IMG/VR virus record: IMGVR_UViG_3300042695_002264
Coordinates: 1 to 64,000 of that record
Length of the DNA: 64,000 bases
Source: a virus
Direction: 5' to 3' (one strand)
The notes under the pieces are model-generated. The model was not told where the DNA came from and did not search any database. It was given only the letters and a program-made list of their open reading frames with translations. Both the position numbers and the translations under genes were made by a program. Within the stretch, counting starts at the first letter, position 1. The number at the start of each line of letters is the position of its first letter. Positions 55,601 to 64,000 of the stretch are shown in pieces.

Positions 55601-56089
55601 ATGGTGAAGTTTATGGACAAACAAGATTTGCCATTATTGGCGACAACAGAACACAAAGATGATATGGGTCGCCGCTCATATGATGAGAATGGTAATGGTA
55701 ACGGCTGGTCACGATATCAAATAATGGTATTGCAGCAATTAACTGACCACACAAAGCTTCTTCAAGCATTAATGTCAGAAATTAATACAATAAAGCAGCA
55801 AATTGCAATCACGGATATTGTATCAAAAAATTGGAGAGATCAAGCTGATAGGTCAATACAGGAATTAAAAGATGATGTTGAATTTATTCTTGAGGACGAA
55901 GGTGGTATTAACCAAAGATTAAAGAGTATTGAAGATAATACAAAAATAGAAGAAAAGTCAAGCTTAAAAATAAAAGCATTTTGGGGTCTTTTGGGTGGGG
56001 CAGTTGTGGTAATTGTAGATTTGGCAATAAGAGTTGTAAGCTTGATTAGTAGTAAACTGCAAATTATAATGCAAAATCCGCCGCAGTAA
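55601..56089 (+). CDS. coiled-coil protein with C-terminal TM
   Basis: NGW..Y...VL..L motif; C-terminal hydrophobic helix. Confidence 0.7.
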   Translation: MVKFMDKQDLPLLATTEHKDDMGRRSYDENGNGNGWSRYQIMVLQQLTDHTKLLQALMSEINTIKQQIAITDIVSKNWRDQADRSIQELKDDVEFILEDEGGINQRLKSIEDNTKIEEKSSLKIKAFWGLLGGAVVVIVDLAIRVVSLISSKLQIIMQNPPQ

Positions 56090-56117
56090 AGTTGCGCTAA
56101 CTAGTGTAACTTTAATT

Positions 56118-56519
56118 ATGGTAGTAAAAACATTTTTTATTTGCCTTAGTGCGGTTTTAGTTCTCGGACTATTGCCTCATTATTCTACAAAGCCGCCAGA
56201 GGAAGATTTTGTACTCAATAATGGCTGTTTAATCTATTCTATTCAATATCAGCACGCACTAAAGGCTAAAAAAATACTTGGCGAATCAGAAGTTTGGGCT
56301 AAAGTTATAATGTACAAAGTATTGGGGGCAAAAGCGGGACATGCTGTTACTCTGTATATTTATAAAAACTCTACATATGTGTATGATCCGGCATTTGCAA
56401 GCTATCAATTGGCGCAATTTCCTGTATACAATCCATACAAGGTTGCAAAAATGATGCATCCAATGAATGATATTGTATGGGCTGAATATGCAGAGAATGT
56501 GATGCTATATAACCCTTAA
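56118..56519 (+). CDS. exported protein, possible papain/transglutaminase-like Cys-His-Asp triad
   Basis: N-terminal TM; NGC...GHAV...VYD. Confidence 0.6.
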   Translation: MVVKTFFICLSAVLVLGLLPHYSTKPPEEDFVLNNGCLIYSIQYQHALKAKKILGESEVWAKVIMYKVLGAKAGHAVTLYIYKNSTYVYDPAFASYQLAQFPVYNPYKVAKMMHPMNDIVWAEYAENVMLYNP

Positions 56520-56523
56520 TTTT

Positions 56524-57852
56524 TTATCTAGTTTCGCGCCACTGAAGACTGGTTAATACATTTGTAGTATTTCCTGGCCCAGTAGCAGCATTTTTTAATA
56601 AAACGGCAAATATATTGCTGTCCGTGCTGTCTATGTTTTGACTAATATAATTTCTTTTAGCGCTAGAAACATTTGCTAAACTTGAAGATACTCCAGCAGT
56701 ATTGCCAACCCCAACTGCGTTTACCGTAATAAATCCAGCATCAAATAAATTTCCGCCATTTAAATTAAATCCAGTCGCTGTAATATTATATTCTACAACA
56801 CTTGAATCGTCTACGCTTTGCCAAGATCCTCCAATTAAAGAAGCACCACTTGGTAGGCGCCAAAATTCATAAGAGCAAAGTTGGTCGGCACTATAAAGTT
56901 GGGAAGATCCCAATCTAACAACACTTCTATTTGGTGCCCCATAATATCCAGTTTTTAATCTTATTGCAATAACTGGCATTGTAGATCCAGCTGTTATATT
57001 TCTATATCCAGTAGTTCTTGCTGCAAAATCTACACCAGCTTCACTATAACCACCTTCGCTCACTACTGTTGCACAAATTTGATCCATAGAAGATATTCCA
57101 GTCGTTCCATTACTATAGTTTCTAATTTCACAACGAATCGGCAAATTAGGATTGCTCCAATATACAGTGTTTTTATTATTACTATTATAAAATTCGTGAG
57201 CAATAATCGTATTGCCATCATGTACAAATCCCGCACGTACGCGACCAACTCCAAGCCATTGATAATCAGCTGTAAATAATTGGGTTTTAGTAATATCTAA
57301 ATTAAAAGCTGATGGGCCAGTTCCATCACAGCGATCTTTATTCCAAGCGGATTGTGGAATTACCGTATTTTGAACACTTCCAGATACGTCACTTCTTAAT
57401 ACGATAGCTAAGCTACCATCGCCGCTATGTTGGAAAAATATCCCATTATAATCATCATACAAGCCAATCCTTTTATTAGTTCCAGATCTGGGAGGGTGAG
57501 AATTAAAGCTTTGTAGTGTTAATTGGCTTTTACCAGCCATATAGTGATGGTACATGCGGCTTTGATGAATTACATAATCATTTGCGCCAGTGCCAACTGT
57601 TAGAATAGCTTTTGCTTGCTTTACATTGAATGCAATATTAGATTGCGTGCCGCTAGTTTTAGTTAAAAGCTCTGTTTCTTCTCCGTAAACATGAGTATAG
57701 TCAGCCAACGTGTATTGCTCTGATACTCTTTGGCGACCAAAAGCATCTATTGTTCCATCTTTGTACAAATTTTGTACATTCAGAACGCCGTCAGTAACTG
57801 AAACTTTTATTGGTGCGTCTTGATATTCTTTTTCTATTCTATAGATGTGCAT
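56524..57852 (-). CDS. probable virion structural protein (DAFGR.RVS family)
   Basis: 442 aa, beta-rich; DAFGRQRVS, DYQWLGVGRVR. Confidence 0.7.
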   Translation of the reverse strand: MHIYRIEKEYQDAPIKVSVTDGVLNVQNLYKDGTIDAFGRQRVSEQYTLADYTHVYGEETELLTKTSGTQSNIAFNVKQAKAILTVGTGANDYVIHQSRMYHHYMAGKSQLTLQSFNSHPPRSGTNKRIGLYDDYNGIFFQHSGDGSLAIVLRSDVSGSVQNTVIPQSAWNKDRCDGTGPSAFNLDITKTQLFTADYQWLGVGRVRAGFVHDGNTIIAHEFYNSNNKNTVYWSNPNLPIRCEIRNYSNGTTGISSMDQICATVVSEGGYSEAGVDFAARTTGYRNITAGSTMPVIAIRLKTGYYGAPNRSVVRLGSSQLYSADQLCSYEFWRLPSGASLIGGSWQSVDDSSVVEYNITATGFNLNGGNLFDAGFITVNAVGVGNTAGVSSSLANVSSAKRNYISQNIDSTDSNIFAVLLKNAATGPGNTTNVLTSLQWRETR

Positions 57853-57950
57853 AATTATATATATTAATTACACACAATAAAATTAAAAAAAATTAAAAAT
57901 ATCCCCCACGCGCGAACGCATGAGGGATTATATATTTTATTTATTATTTA

Positions 57951-58109
57951 TTAAAATAAAGCCATTATGGTTTTTTTGGCCCAACGAAATAATCCGAAAA
58001 AAATCTTACCGATTTCCTTCAAATCTTCCCGCTGTATTGTTCCTGCATAGCCAATTGATCCATAAGGACCAAAAATGATCCCTAACTGGTGAGTTTGATA
58101 ACGTTCCAT
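57951..58109 (-). CDS. 52-aa peptide with strong SD
   Basis: AAAGGAGGT upstream; MERYQTHQLGIIFGPYG...IGKIFFGLFRWAKKTIMALF; hairpin downstream at 57901-57929. Confidence 0.5.
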   Translation of the reverse strand: MERYQTHQLGIIFGPYGSIGYAGTIQREDLKEIGKIFFGLFRWAKKTIMALF

Positions 58110-58178
58110 TAAGATTAGCACCTCCTTTCATATACTGTATATTACAGCAATTTAGGTGCCAATCAAGTTACAATTTTG

Positions 58179-58874
58179 TTATAAATAGGCTGCTTGGAAG
58201 TGCATCCAGTCATAATTACGCCTTCTACCCAAGCTTGTCCAGCCCTCAGCTTCTACAATTTTCCAGAATGGTTCATATTCTTTCTTGCTAAATGTAGCTT
58301 TGGGACTGCTCCATTTTAATTGATTATTGTCGGGATCAAGGTCAATTGCAGCGCCCCAACTGTGTATTGACCAAGCTGATCCGCCGCGCATTTTACGAAC
58401 ATTCAAGCATCCGCCAAACATATTTAATCTTAATTTCTCAATATCTTTTTCGCCATATGTTTTTAATGTATTATCAAAAATAATACCAAGCGATTGTGCA
58501 ACTTTTTGATTGCATGTAATTCTTGATAGTGTGGTTGATGGCGCCCATGCTAGTTTTATTTTATATGGCAACTCTAGCTTGATTTGATTTTCGCCAACCG
58601 AACCATAAAAATCAACCATACTATTGTAGTCTTGTTTTGGCCAGCGTTGTGATAGTGGTGTATTTTTTGAAACGTTTGTTACAAATTTCCAAGTCTTGGG
58701 ACCAACAACACCATCTGCCTTTAATCCGTTTTTAAGCTGAAATTTTAAAGTTTCACGCTCTGTTGCTGGGCCAAAAGCACCATCAACATATGGAATTTTA
58801 TAACCAGTGCTTTGTAGAAACAATTGCCATTGTTTTACTTCTTCTCCAAAACTACCTTTTTTCAAAGCTTCCAT
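58179..58874 (-). CDS. endolysin: peptidoglycan-binding domain plus M15 peptidase
   Basis: LKKGS.GE.VK..Q..L...DG.FG..T...FQ..NGL.ADGVVGP.T; SIHSWGAAIDL; DWMHFQ. Confidence 0.9.
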   Translation of the reverse strand: MEALKKGSFGEEVKQWQLFLQSTGYKIPYVDGAFGPATERETLKFQLKNGLKADGVVGPKTWKFVTNVSKNTPLSQRWPKQDYNSMVDFYGSVGENQIKLELPYKIKLAWAPSTTLSRITCNQKVAQSLGIIFDNTLKTYGEKDIEKLRLNMFGGCLNVRKMRGGSAWSIHSWGAAIDLDPDNNQLKWSSPKATFSKKEYEPFWKIVEAEGWTSLGRRRNYDWMHFQAAYL

Positions 58875-59353
58875 TACTGTTTGCCCTCCTGATCAAATAC
58901 CCATTCTATGGGAGCATAGGATGGATCGTCTTTGTATTTTTCTGCATAAACAATTGTTTGCTCTTCTATAATTTTTTCTTCCCTTTGTTCGGATGTTAAT
59001 AGGGAATCTAAATTAACACTTGATGAGCTGCCATACTTGAGATCAATCGCGGCTTGTACCCCAATGTAAGAAGCTACAATGATTGCTACAATTTCAATGG
59101 TCTTTGTAAAAATAGTAACATAACCAGCAATAAGTTCATTTCTGCTTGGTAATAAAAATAATATACCAACAGATGTCAGATAAAAAAACAATAAACCAAC
59201 AAAAGAAGAAAATGCTAAGAAAAATTTTTTAGACTTGAAGTGATTTTCTTTTCGTAGTGAGCTTTGTAACTCGATTGGGGTTCCTGGCGGAACGCGATTC
59301 GATGTTAAAAAAGAAGCTGCACTGCTTGCGATATTTTTTAAGTTACCCCACAT
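58874..59353 (-). CDS. holin-like 2-TM membrane protein
   Basis: SKKF followed by two TM helices; adjacent to the endolysin. Confidence 0.55.
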   Translation of the reverse strand: MWGNLKNIASSAASFLTSNRVPPGTPIELQSSLRKENHFKSKKFFLAFSSFVGLLFFYLTSVGILFLLPSRNELIAGYVTIFTKTIEIVAIIVASYIGVQAAIDLKYGSSSSVNLDSLLTSEQREEKIIEEQTIVYAEKYKDDPSYAPIEWVFDQEGKQ

Positions 59354-59354
59354 A

Positions 59355-59873
59355 TTATAAAAATACCCAAACAAGTGTTGCGAATAATCCAGCACCGCCA
59401 ATTGGAACTAGTAAGCTGTATGGTGGAGGAACAAAGCTCATAATTTGCAAGCCCAAAAGTACGCCGACTGCGCCAGCTATAATTGCAGCAATCCATTTAA
59501 GACGGTGATAGCGCTTGATTGCATTAGTGTATTTTTCAAGCCATTTTTGCGCTTCGGCTTGCTGAACAACGCCCCACTCTTTTAATGCGTCAATATCTTT
59601 TTTAAGTTTATCAATTTGTAAAAAGCTGTCTTTTAAATTACCGTTTGCTTTACTTAAGTTATCTTTAAGTTTTGCATTTTCCGACTTGGCAACTCTTAAT
59701 TCCGATTGCAATTCTTTAACAATTTGTTTTGCATCTTGAACTGGAGTTTTAGACTTTTGCACAACTGCGACTGGTGTTGGCTGTGCTTTTGGCTTTGGCT
59801 TGAACCAATTGAATTGGCTGTAGCCAGTGCTTGTTAGGATTAATAATAAAACTATTGGTACTAATTTTTTCAT
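59355..59873 (-). CDS. signal peptide, coiled coil and C-terminal TM (spanin-like?)
   Basis: Topology and position in the lysis cassette. Confidence 0.5.
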   Translation of the reverse strand: MKKLVPIVLLLILTSTGYSQFNWFKPKPKAQPTPVAVVQKSKTPVQDAKQIVKELQSELRVAKSENAKLKDNLSKANGNLKDSFLQIDKLKKDIDALKEWGVVQQAEAQKWLEKYTNAIKRYHRLKWIAAIIAGAVGVLLGLQIMSFVPPPYSLLVPIGGAGLFATLVWVFL

Positions 59874-60145
59874 TTGATTGGTTCCTTTACTATTTTGGAG
59901 CTGGACTGTTCCTCGATTTGCTCAAGAAGCTTTTCAAGCCGCTCGGCCAATGTTAGTGCTGTTTCTACCTTGTCGCCAACAATTGTGTTGGATTCTCCAG
60001 CTTTGGCAAGATCTTCTTGTGTTTTTTCCAAGGATTGTATAACTTCGCCTGTATTGGCAATTGGCGGAGCTGCCTTTTTGTGATCTGGATTCAAGCATAC
60101 GCATCCAGTTAAAAATGGAATAATAATTAATAAAAAATACCTCAT
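59870..60145 (-). CDS. lipoprotein (spanin-like?)
   Basis: Lipobox LTGC; coiled coil; lysis cassette. Confidence 0.55.
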   Translation of the reverse strand: MRYFLLIIIPFLTGCVCLNPDHKKAAPPIANTGEVIQSLEKTQEDLAKAGESNTIVGDKVETALTLAERLEKLLEQIEEQSSSKIVKEPIK

Positions 60146-60187
60146 ACTATTCTTTACACCAAATATTATTGGGTTAGAATTAAATAA

Positions 60188-60619
60188 TTAATTGGCAGAA
60201 AGTGTTTGCGCTGCTTCTCCGCTAGTTTCAGCATAAGTAAATGGTGCGGATGGAAAGCTACTAGATGATTGTGCAAACATCATAGCCTCTAACCATTGTT
60301 TGGACGCTTCCATTTTTGGACCAAGTGTTTTTCCTTGAGATAGGATAGCCTGTTCAAGGCGCATTAGTGCTATGACTTCGAGATTTGTGAAGTATTTGCC
60401 GACCCACTCCTCTGCCGTGTAGGTTGGAAGGGTTAGGTTTTCAACCAGCCACCCGCCATTGCCCCAAACTAAAAATTGCGTTTCTGGATTATACTCTGGC
60501 TCTGGCGGTGTTAGTTGCCAATTATTGGCTTTTGGATTGCCATTATTAATCCAACCATCCATAGTTTCGTCACTAATGTCGCGCCTTTCAAAGGTTAATG
60601 TGTTGTAATAATTTTTCAT
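60188..60619 (-). CDS. probable tail-fibre-associated protein
   Basis: P.YNP.TQ.L.W motif; probable start MKNYYN. Confidence 0.55.
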   Translation of the reverse strand: MKNYYNTLTFERRDISDETMDGWINNGNPKANNWQLTPPEPEYNPETQFLVWGNGGWLVENLTLPTYTAEEWVGKYFTNLEVIALMRLEQAILSQGKTLGPKMEASKQWLEAMMFAQSSSSFPSAPFTYAETSGEAAQTLSAN

Positions 60620-60623
60620 AATT

Positions 60624-61274
60624 TTATGCGTAAACTCTTGGATGTGCGGTAACTGTTGGACCATTATTCGCTGTGAGGATTAGGCCACCTTTAGTGTCTA
60701 TCAAATCTCTAACTAAAGGCGCATAAAATACTAAATTTTGAGGTCTAATTTTATTACAAGTAACGCCCTTAGCTAATGAGATAATTTCTGACTGGGTAAG
60801 CGCTACGTTCCACGCGCCAACCTCTGCAATAATACCCTCTAACCATCCAGCTGTTGCAGTGTTTGTAAAATTGGCTCCAATATTTATATTAGTAATATTT
60901 AGAGCTCCGGCAACCGTTGTATTCGTTGATGTTGTTGTTCCATTTAAATAAATTGAACGAGAGGATGTGGAATTAAATACAGCTGCTCCATGATAAAAAT
61001 TATTAGCTATTACAGAGCCAGGAGGAGTATCTGCGGTACCGAGCCCAGCAGTGCTGTTATGTAATGCGCGTAAAAAGGTACTGTTAGCTGGCACAACCAT
61101 TCGGTATGAGTTGGAGGTAGAGCCGAAACTAAAGTTATTTAGTTGAACAATTACTTGTAAGGCAGATCTTGGAACTGTTGTTAATCTAAACCAAGCAGCT
61201 AGAGTTAAGGGAAGATTTGTTACTGGAGCAATGGCTGATATGCTTTGAGTAGTTCCGTTAAAATTATAAGCCAT
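60624..61274 (-). CDS. LamG/ConA-like lectin-domain virion protein
   Basis: LTLAAWF...YH.AAV....SIYLNG...IG.....G.IAEV..WN.ALT..EI..L. Confidence 0.8.
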   Translation of the reverse strand: MAYNFNGTTQSISAIAPVTNLPLTLAAWFRLTTVPRSALQVIVQLNNFSFGSTSNSYRMVVPANSTFLRALHNSTAGLGTADTPPGSVIANNFYHGAAVFNSTSSRSIYLNGTTTSTNTTVAGALNITNINIGANFTNTATAGWLEGIIAEVGAWNVALTQSEIISLAKGVTCNKIRPQNLVFYAPLVRDLIDTKGGLILTANNGPTVTAHPRVYA

Positions 61275-61275
61275 A

Positions 61276-62355
61276 TTATACCGCCCTCACTTCAATAAAA
61301 TTTATCTCAGCATCTCCAAGCATCGTATCATTCACAGTGTCCGCACTATTTCTAAAAACAAGCATTCGGTAAAAACTGCCAGTGGTCAGCCCGTTAATAC
61401 CAGTGCATGTTATTTGGGTTACTGTTGGAACGCCATTTGTGGCATTTGCCACACCGCTACCAAAACCAGCAACGTCAAAACTATCAATGTCTAAATCTGT
61501 ATTTAGATTCATAAATCGTGCGCCCCAAACACAACTTCCGCTAGTTCCTGATACTGCAGACCAATTAATCCTAACATTTAATCCATTTGAAATATTTGCC
61601 GTATCTGGTATTGATCCAACAAAAGTTCCGGACTCTGTGAGCGTATCATCAAAATCTAAAACTAAAATTGAATTGCGCGTATCGAATTGTGCGAAACCTG
61701 TAGATGGCGGTTGATTTTGAGATGGTGTAAATTTATCAATTATTTTTGATATATCTTGTTTGTATGCAACGTTGCCAGTTTGATTAAAAGTTATCTTGCC
61801 ATTGCCAATAGCAGCGCCATTTAAAAACTCTAAAGAGTATACATTTCCAGCATCACCTCTTAAAATAAAAGCTGCGTCATCAAGCTCTGGGGATTCAGAT
61901 GCTTCTTGTGGTGGAATTGCAAACCTAATTTTGTTTATGCCATTATTAATAGTTAAAAATGGATTATCGTACGTGTTGGTCGTGCCAGTATTATAAATAC
62001 TTATATTTCCATTAAGTATTGATAATGGTCCATTATAACTTGGCTGGCCACCACCATACTGAAAACTGCCGTCATTCATTTTTGCTGCTATAACCTCATC
62101 ATTATCAGTAATAAGGCCAAGCTCGCCACTGATACTGTCATCTGATATTGAAACAGTACCGTTAAGACCCATACCAAAATGGGATAATTGGCTATAAAAA
62201 GTTTTAATTCCACTAATTGTTTGATCACCAGTTGTAAAAACAACATTCTCTACAGATCCGCCAGCAGCCTCGCCCTGTAATAGAACGCCAGTACCATTAA
62301 CCGTTGGTCGATTTTGTACTTCTAAATATCCAATCTGTAAACGCTCATTAATCAT
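61276..62355 (-). CDS. tail-fibre-like protein
   Basis: RPTVNGTGVLL.GEA, V.TTGDQTISG.KTF fibre motifs. Confidence 0.7.
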   Translation of the reverse strand: MINERLQIGYLEVQNRPTVNGTGVLLQGEAAGGSVENVVFTTGDQTISGIKTFYSQLSHFGMGLNGTVSISDDSISGELGLITDNDEVIAAKMNDGSFQYGGGQPSYNGPLSILNGNISIYNTGTTNTYDNPFLTINNGINKIRFAIPPQEASESPELDDAAFILRGDAGNVYSLEFLNGAAIGNGKITFNQTGNVAYKQDISKIIDKFTPSQNQPPSTGFAQFDTRNSILVLDFDDTLTESGTFVGSIPDTANISNGLNVRINWSAVSGTSGSCVWGARFMNLNTDLDIDSFDVAGFGSGVANATNGVPTVTQITCTGINGLTTGSFYRMLVFRNSADTVNDTMLGDAEINFIEVRAV

Positions 62356-62470
62356 ATTTTATTATTTAATATACCAACAAGGACTGGCCTTTGTGGCAGT
62401 CCACATGAAATCATTTTTGCATGAAATCACGTAGGCATAGCTATGAACTAGCCCTTGTTGATATACTATT

Positions 62471-64000
62471 TTACCAATGTTTAAATTCTGATCCATTTGG
62501 TCCCTTATCTATTAATATTACACGTTCTTTTTGTACAAAATTATAATTTGCCCCACTTAATGTAAATATTGGAGTATTGTTATTTATATCCAGACCGCTA
62601 ATTACGCATGGGTTGTTATCGGCTTCAAAATCAAAACGTAAATTCATACAAGTTCCTTGGACAAATGGAAAGCTATTTGGCCTACTAAATAATATATATC
62701 TTATTCCTCCGCCATTTGGCACACTAATATCATAAAATGTTTCTAATCTGCGCGTTTTGGGCCTGATAATTGGACAATTTGTTGTATCGTATCCTGCTGA
62801 TAAAACAAATCTTTCATAGCCATTTCCAACTGTAGAATTATAACGTACTTTTCTTATTGCCTTTCCTGAATAATTGCTATCATCTGGAAATTTTATAAGA
62901 TTGCGATTTGATGGACCGCCATTGTAATCAACAATAACCCCAGGGTTTACTTTTAATGTTTTAGAATAGGGGTTAACATTGCCTATTCCTTCTGATAGGG
63001 GTTCTTCAAAATATAAATTAACAAGATCACCATTCTCCATTCCTGATTTATGAATTTGACTTGTTAAAATATTTTCTTGTTGAAGATATTGATCTGTCTT
63101 ATTAGTTTGTATATAATATTTATGCAAACCATTATTTATAATAAACCCGCTAGGGTTATCTTTCGTATAAAAGTTAGAAGTGTTTATTCCTGTTATAAAG
63201 CCGCTTGGATTGTTTCTTGGATATAGATTCGATAAATCAACTCCTGTAATAAATCCGCTAGAATTAATGTTGTTAATTTGTTGTTGTAAATTAGATCCAG
63301 TAGATGCTAGATTTAAAATTGTAGCATATTTATTATTTACAAATCCGCTATAATTTATTATGTCTTGAACGGCGGCAATGTCATTTAATACAGAGAGATC
63401 ATCACTTCTTCTAGCTATGCCAAATTTAAATTTATTACTATGATCAAAGCCAATGATTGGCCCATAATCATTTGCGCCAGTTAAGCCACTTCCAGTAACG
63501 AAGAATATGCCGCCATCTGTAGAGCCGCCTGTTAAATTTAATAAAATATAAGAGCTTTCTATAAAATTATTTTGTACATTGGCAATAAACTCTGTTCCAG
63601 TAACATACAAATCATGAATATAAACACTATTTCTAAATGTTTTTGTTCCATCAATAGTTTGATTGCCATAAACTAGTACAGAAACTCCACTTAAATTATT
63701 AATTTTAGAATCTAAATTTAGCCCAGTTAAGGCAAGATTAGAAATGCTGGCATAGTTACCTGTTAATGTTCCGCTAAGATTATTGATTTGTGCGGTTAGA
63801 GTAGATCCTGTCGCTGCTAGATTAGCGGTTGTGGCATATGAGCTTAAATTAACTCCTGTTATAAATCCACTTGGGTTGCTGCGCGGATATAGATGTGATA
63901 AATCTACGCCTGTAATAAAGCCACTACCATATAAATTATTAATTTGTTGCTGTAGATTAGACCCTGTTTGTGATAACTGAAGATCGCTGGCATAATTTAA
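62471..64000 (-). CDS. partial long tail-fibre-like protein (5' end probably beyond window)
   Basis: Frame continues upstream of the track start at 63610 (..VYGNQTIDGTKTF..); repeats NPSGFITGVDLS and YAT..NL..TGS.LQQQIN. Confidence 0.75.
   Translation of the reverse strand, partial: LNYASDLQLSQTGSNLQQQINNLYGSGFITGVDLSHLYPRSNPSGFITGVNLSSYATTANLAATGSTLTAQINNLSGTLTGNYASISNLALTGLNLDSKINNLSGVSVLVYGNQTIDGTKTFRNSVYIHDLYVTGTEFIANVQNNFIESSYILLNLTGGSTDGGIFFVTGSGLTGANDYGPIIGFDHSNKFKFGIARRSDDLSVLNDIAAVQDIINYSGFVNNKYATILNLASTGSNLQQQINNINSSGFITGVDLSNLYPRNNPSGFITGINTSNFYTKDNPSGFIINNGLHKYYIQTNKTDQYLQQENILTSQIHKSGMENGDLVNLYFEEPLSEGIGNVNPYSKTLKVNPGVIVDYNGGPSNRNLIKFPDDSNYSGKAIRKVRYNSTVGNGYERFVLSAGYDTTNCPIIRPKTRRLETFYDISVPNGGGIRYILFSRPNSFPFVQGTCMNLRFDFEADNNPCVISGLDINNNTPIFTLSGANYNFVQKERVILIDKGPNGSEFKHW

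Noticed and set aside
1-64000. Alternative genetic code (stop-codon reassignment)
   Set aside because: Known proteins are full length in the standard code, coding density is high, and no suppressor tRNA was seen.
63130-64000. Repeats in the last ORF as a DNA-level repeat system or DGR
   Set aside because: They are in-frame peptide repeats typical of fibre proteins; no reverse transcriptase or TR/VR pair was seen.

Overview
A 64-kb piece of a large dsDNA bacteriophage genome: dense small ORFs, 15 tRNAs, rIIA/rIIB, ThyX, RNA ligase, HNH nucleases, a lysis cassette and tail-fibre-like genes. Weak clues point to a Verrucomicrobia-like host. There are two very different parts. (1) Positions 1 to about 16,000 are a + strand, GC-richer, early-type region of short transcription units, most with their own sigma70-like promoter and a near-leaderless start. 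(2) Positions about 16,000 to 64,000 are mostly - strand and AT-rich, carrying repair, metabolic, tRNA, lysis and structural genes. The main finding is in part 1: 13 copies of a 77-bp element with identical geometry (27-bp quasi-palindromic arm, 23-bp GC-rich core, 27-bp arm). 22 of the 26 arms contain a perfect IHF consensus (WATCAANNNNTTR). Six copies carry a sigma54-type -24/-12 motif at exactly the same offset on the opposite strand, with predicted +1 at the element edge. Seven copies abut or overlap the 3' end of a gene or tRNA, so the region reads as a cassette-like array. It is also enriched in PhoB-like half-sites and a 12-bp palindrome, and holds a candidate large structured ncRNA. 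All family assignments come from motif recognition by eye; no database searches were run.
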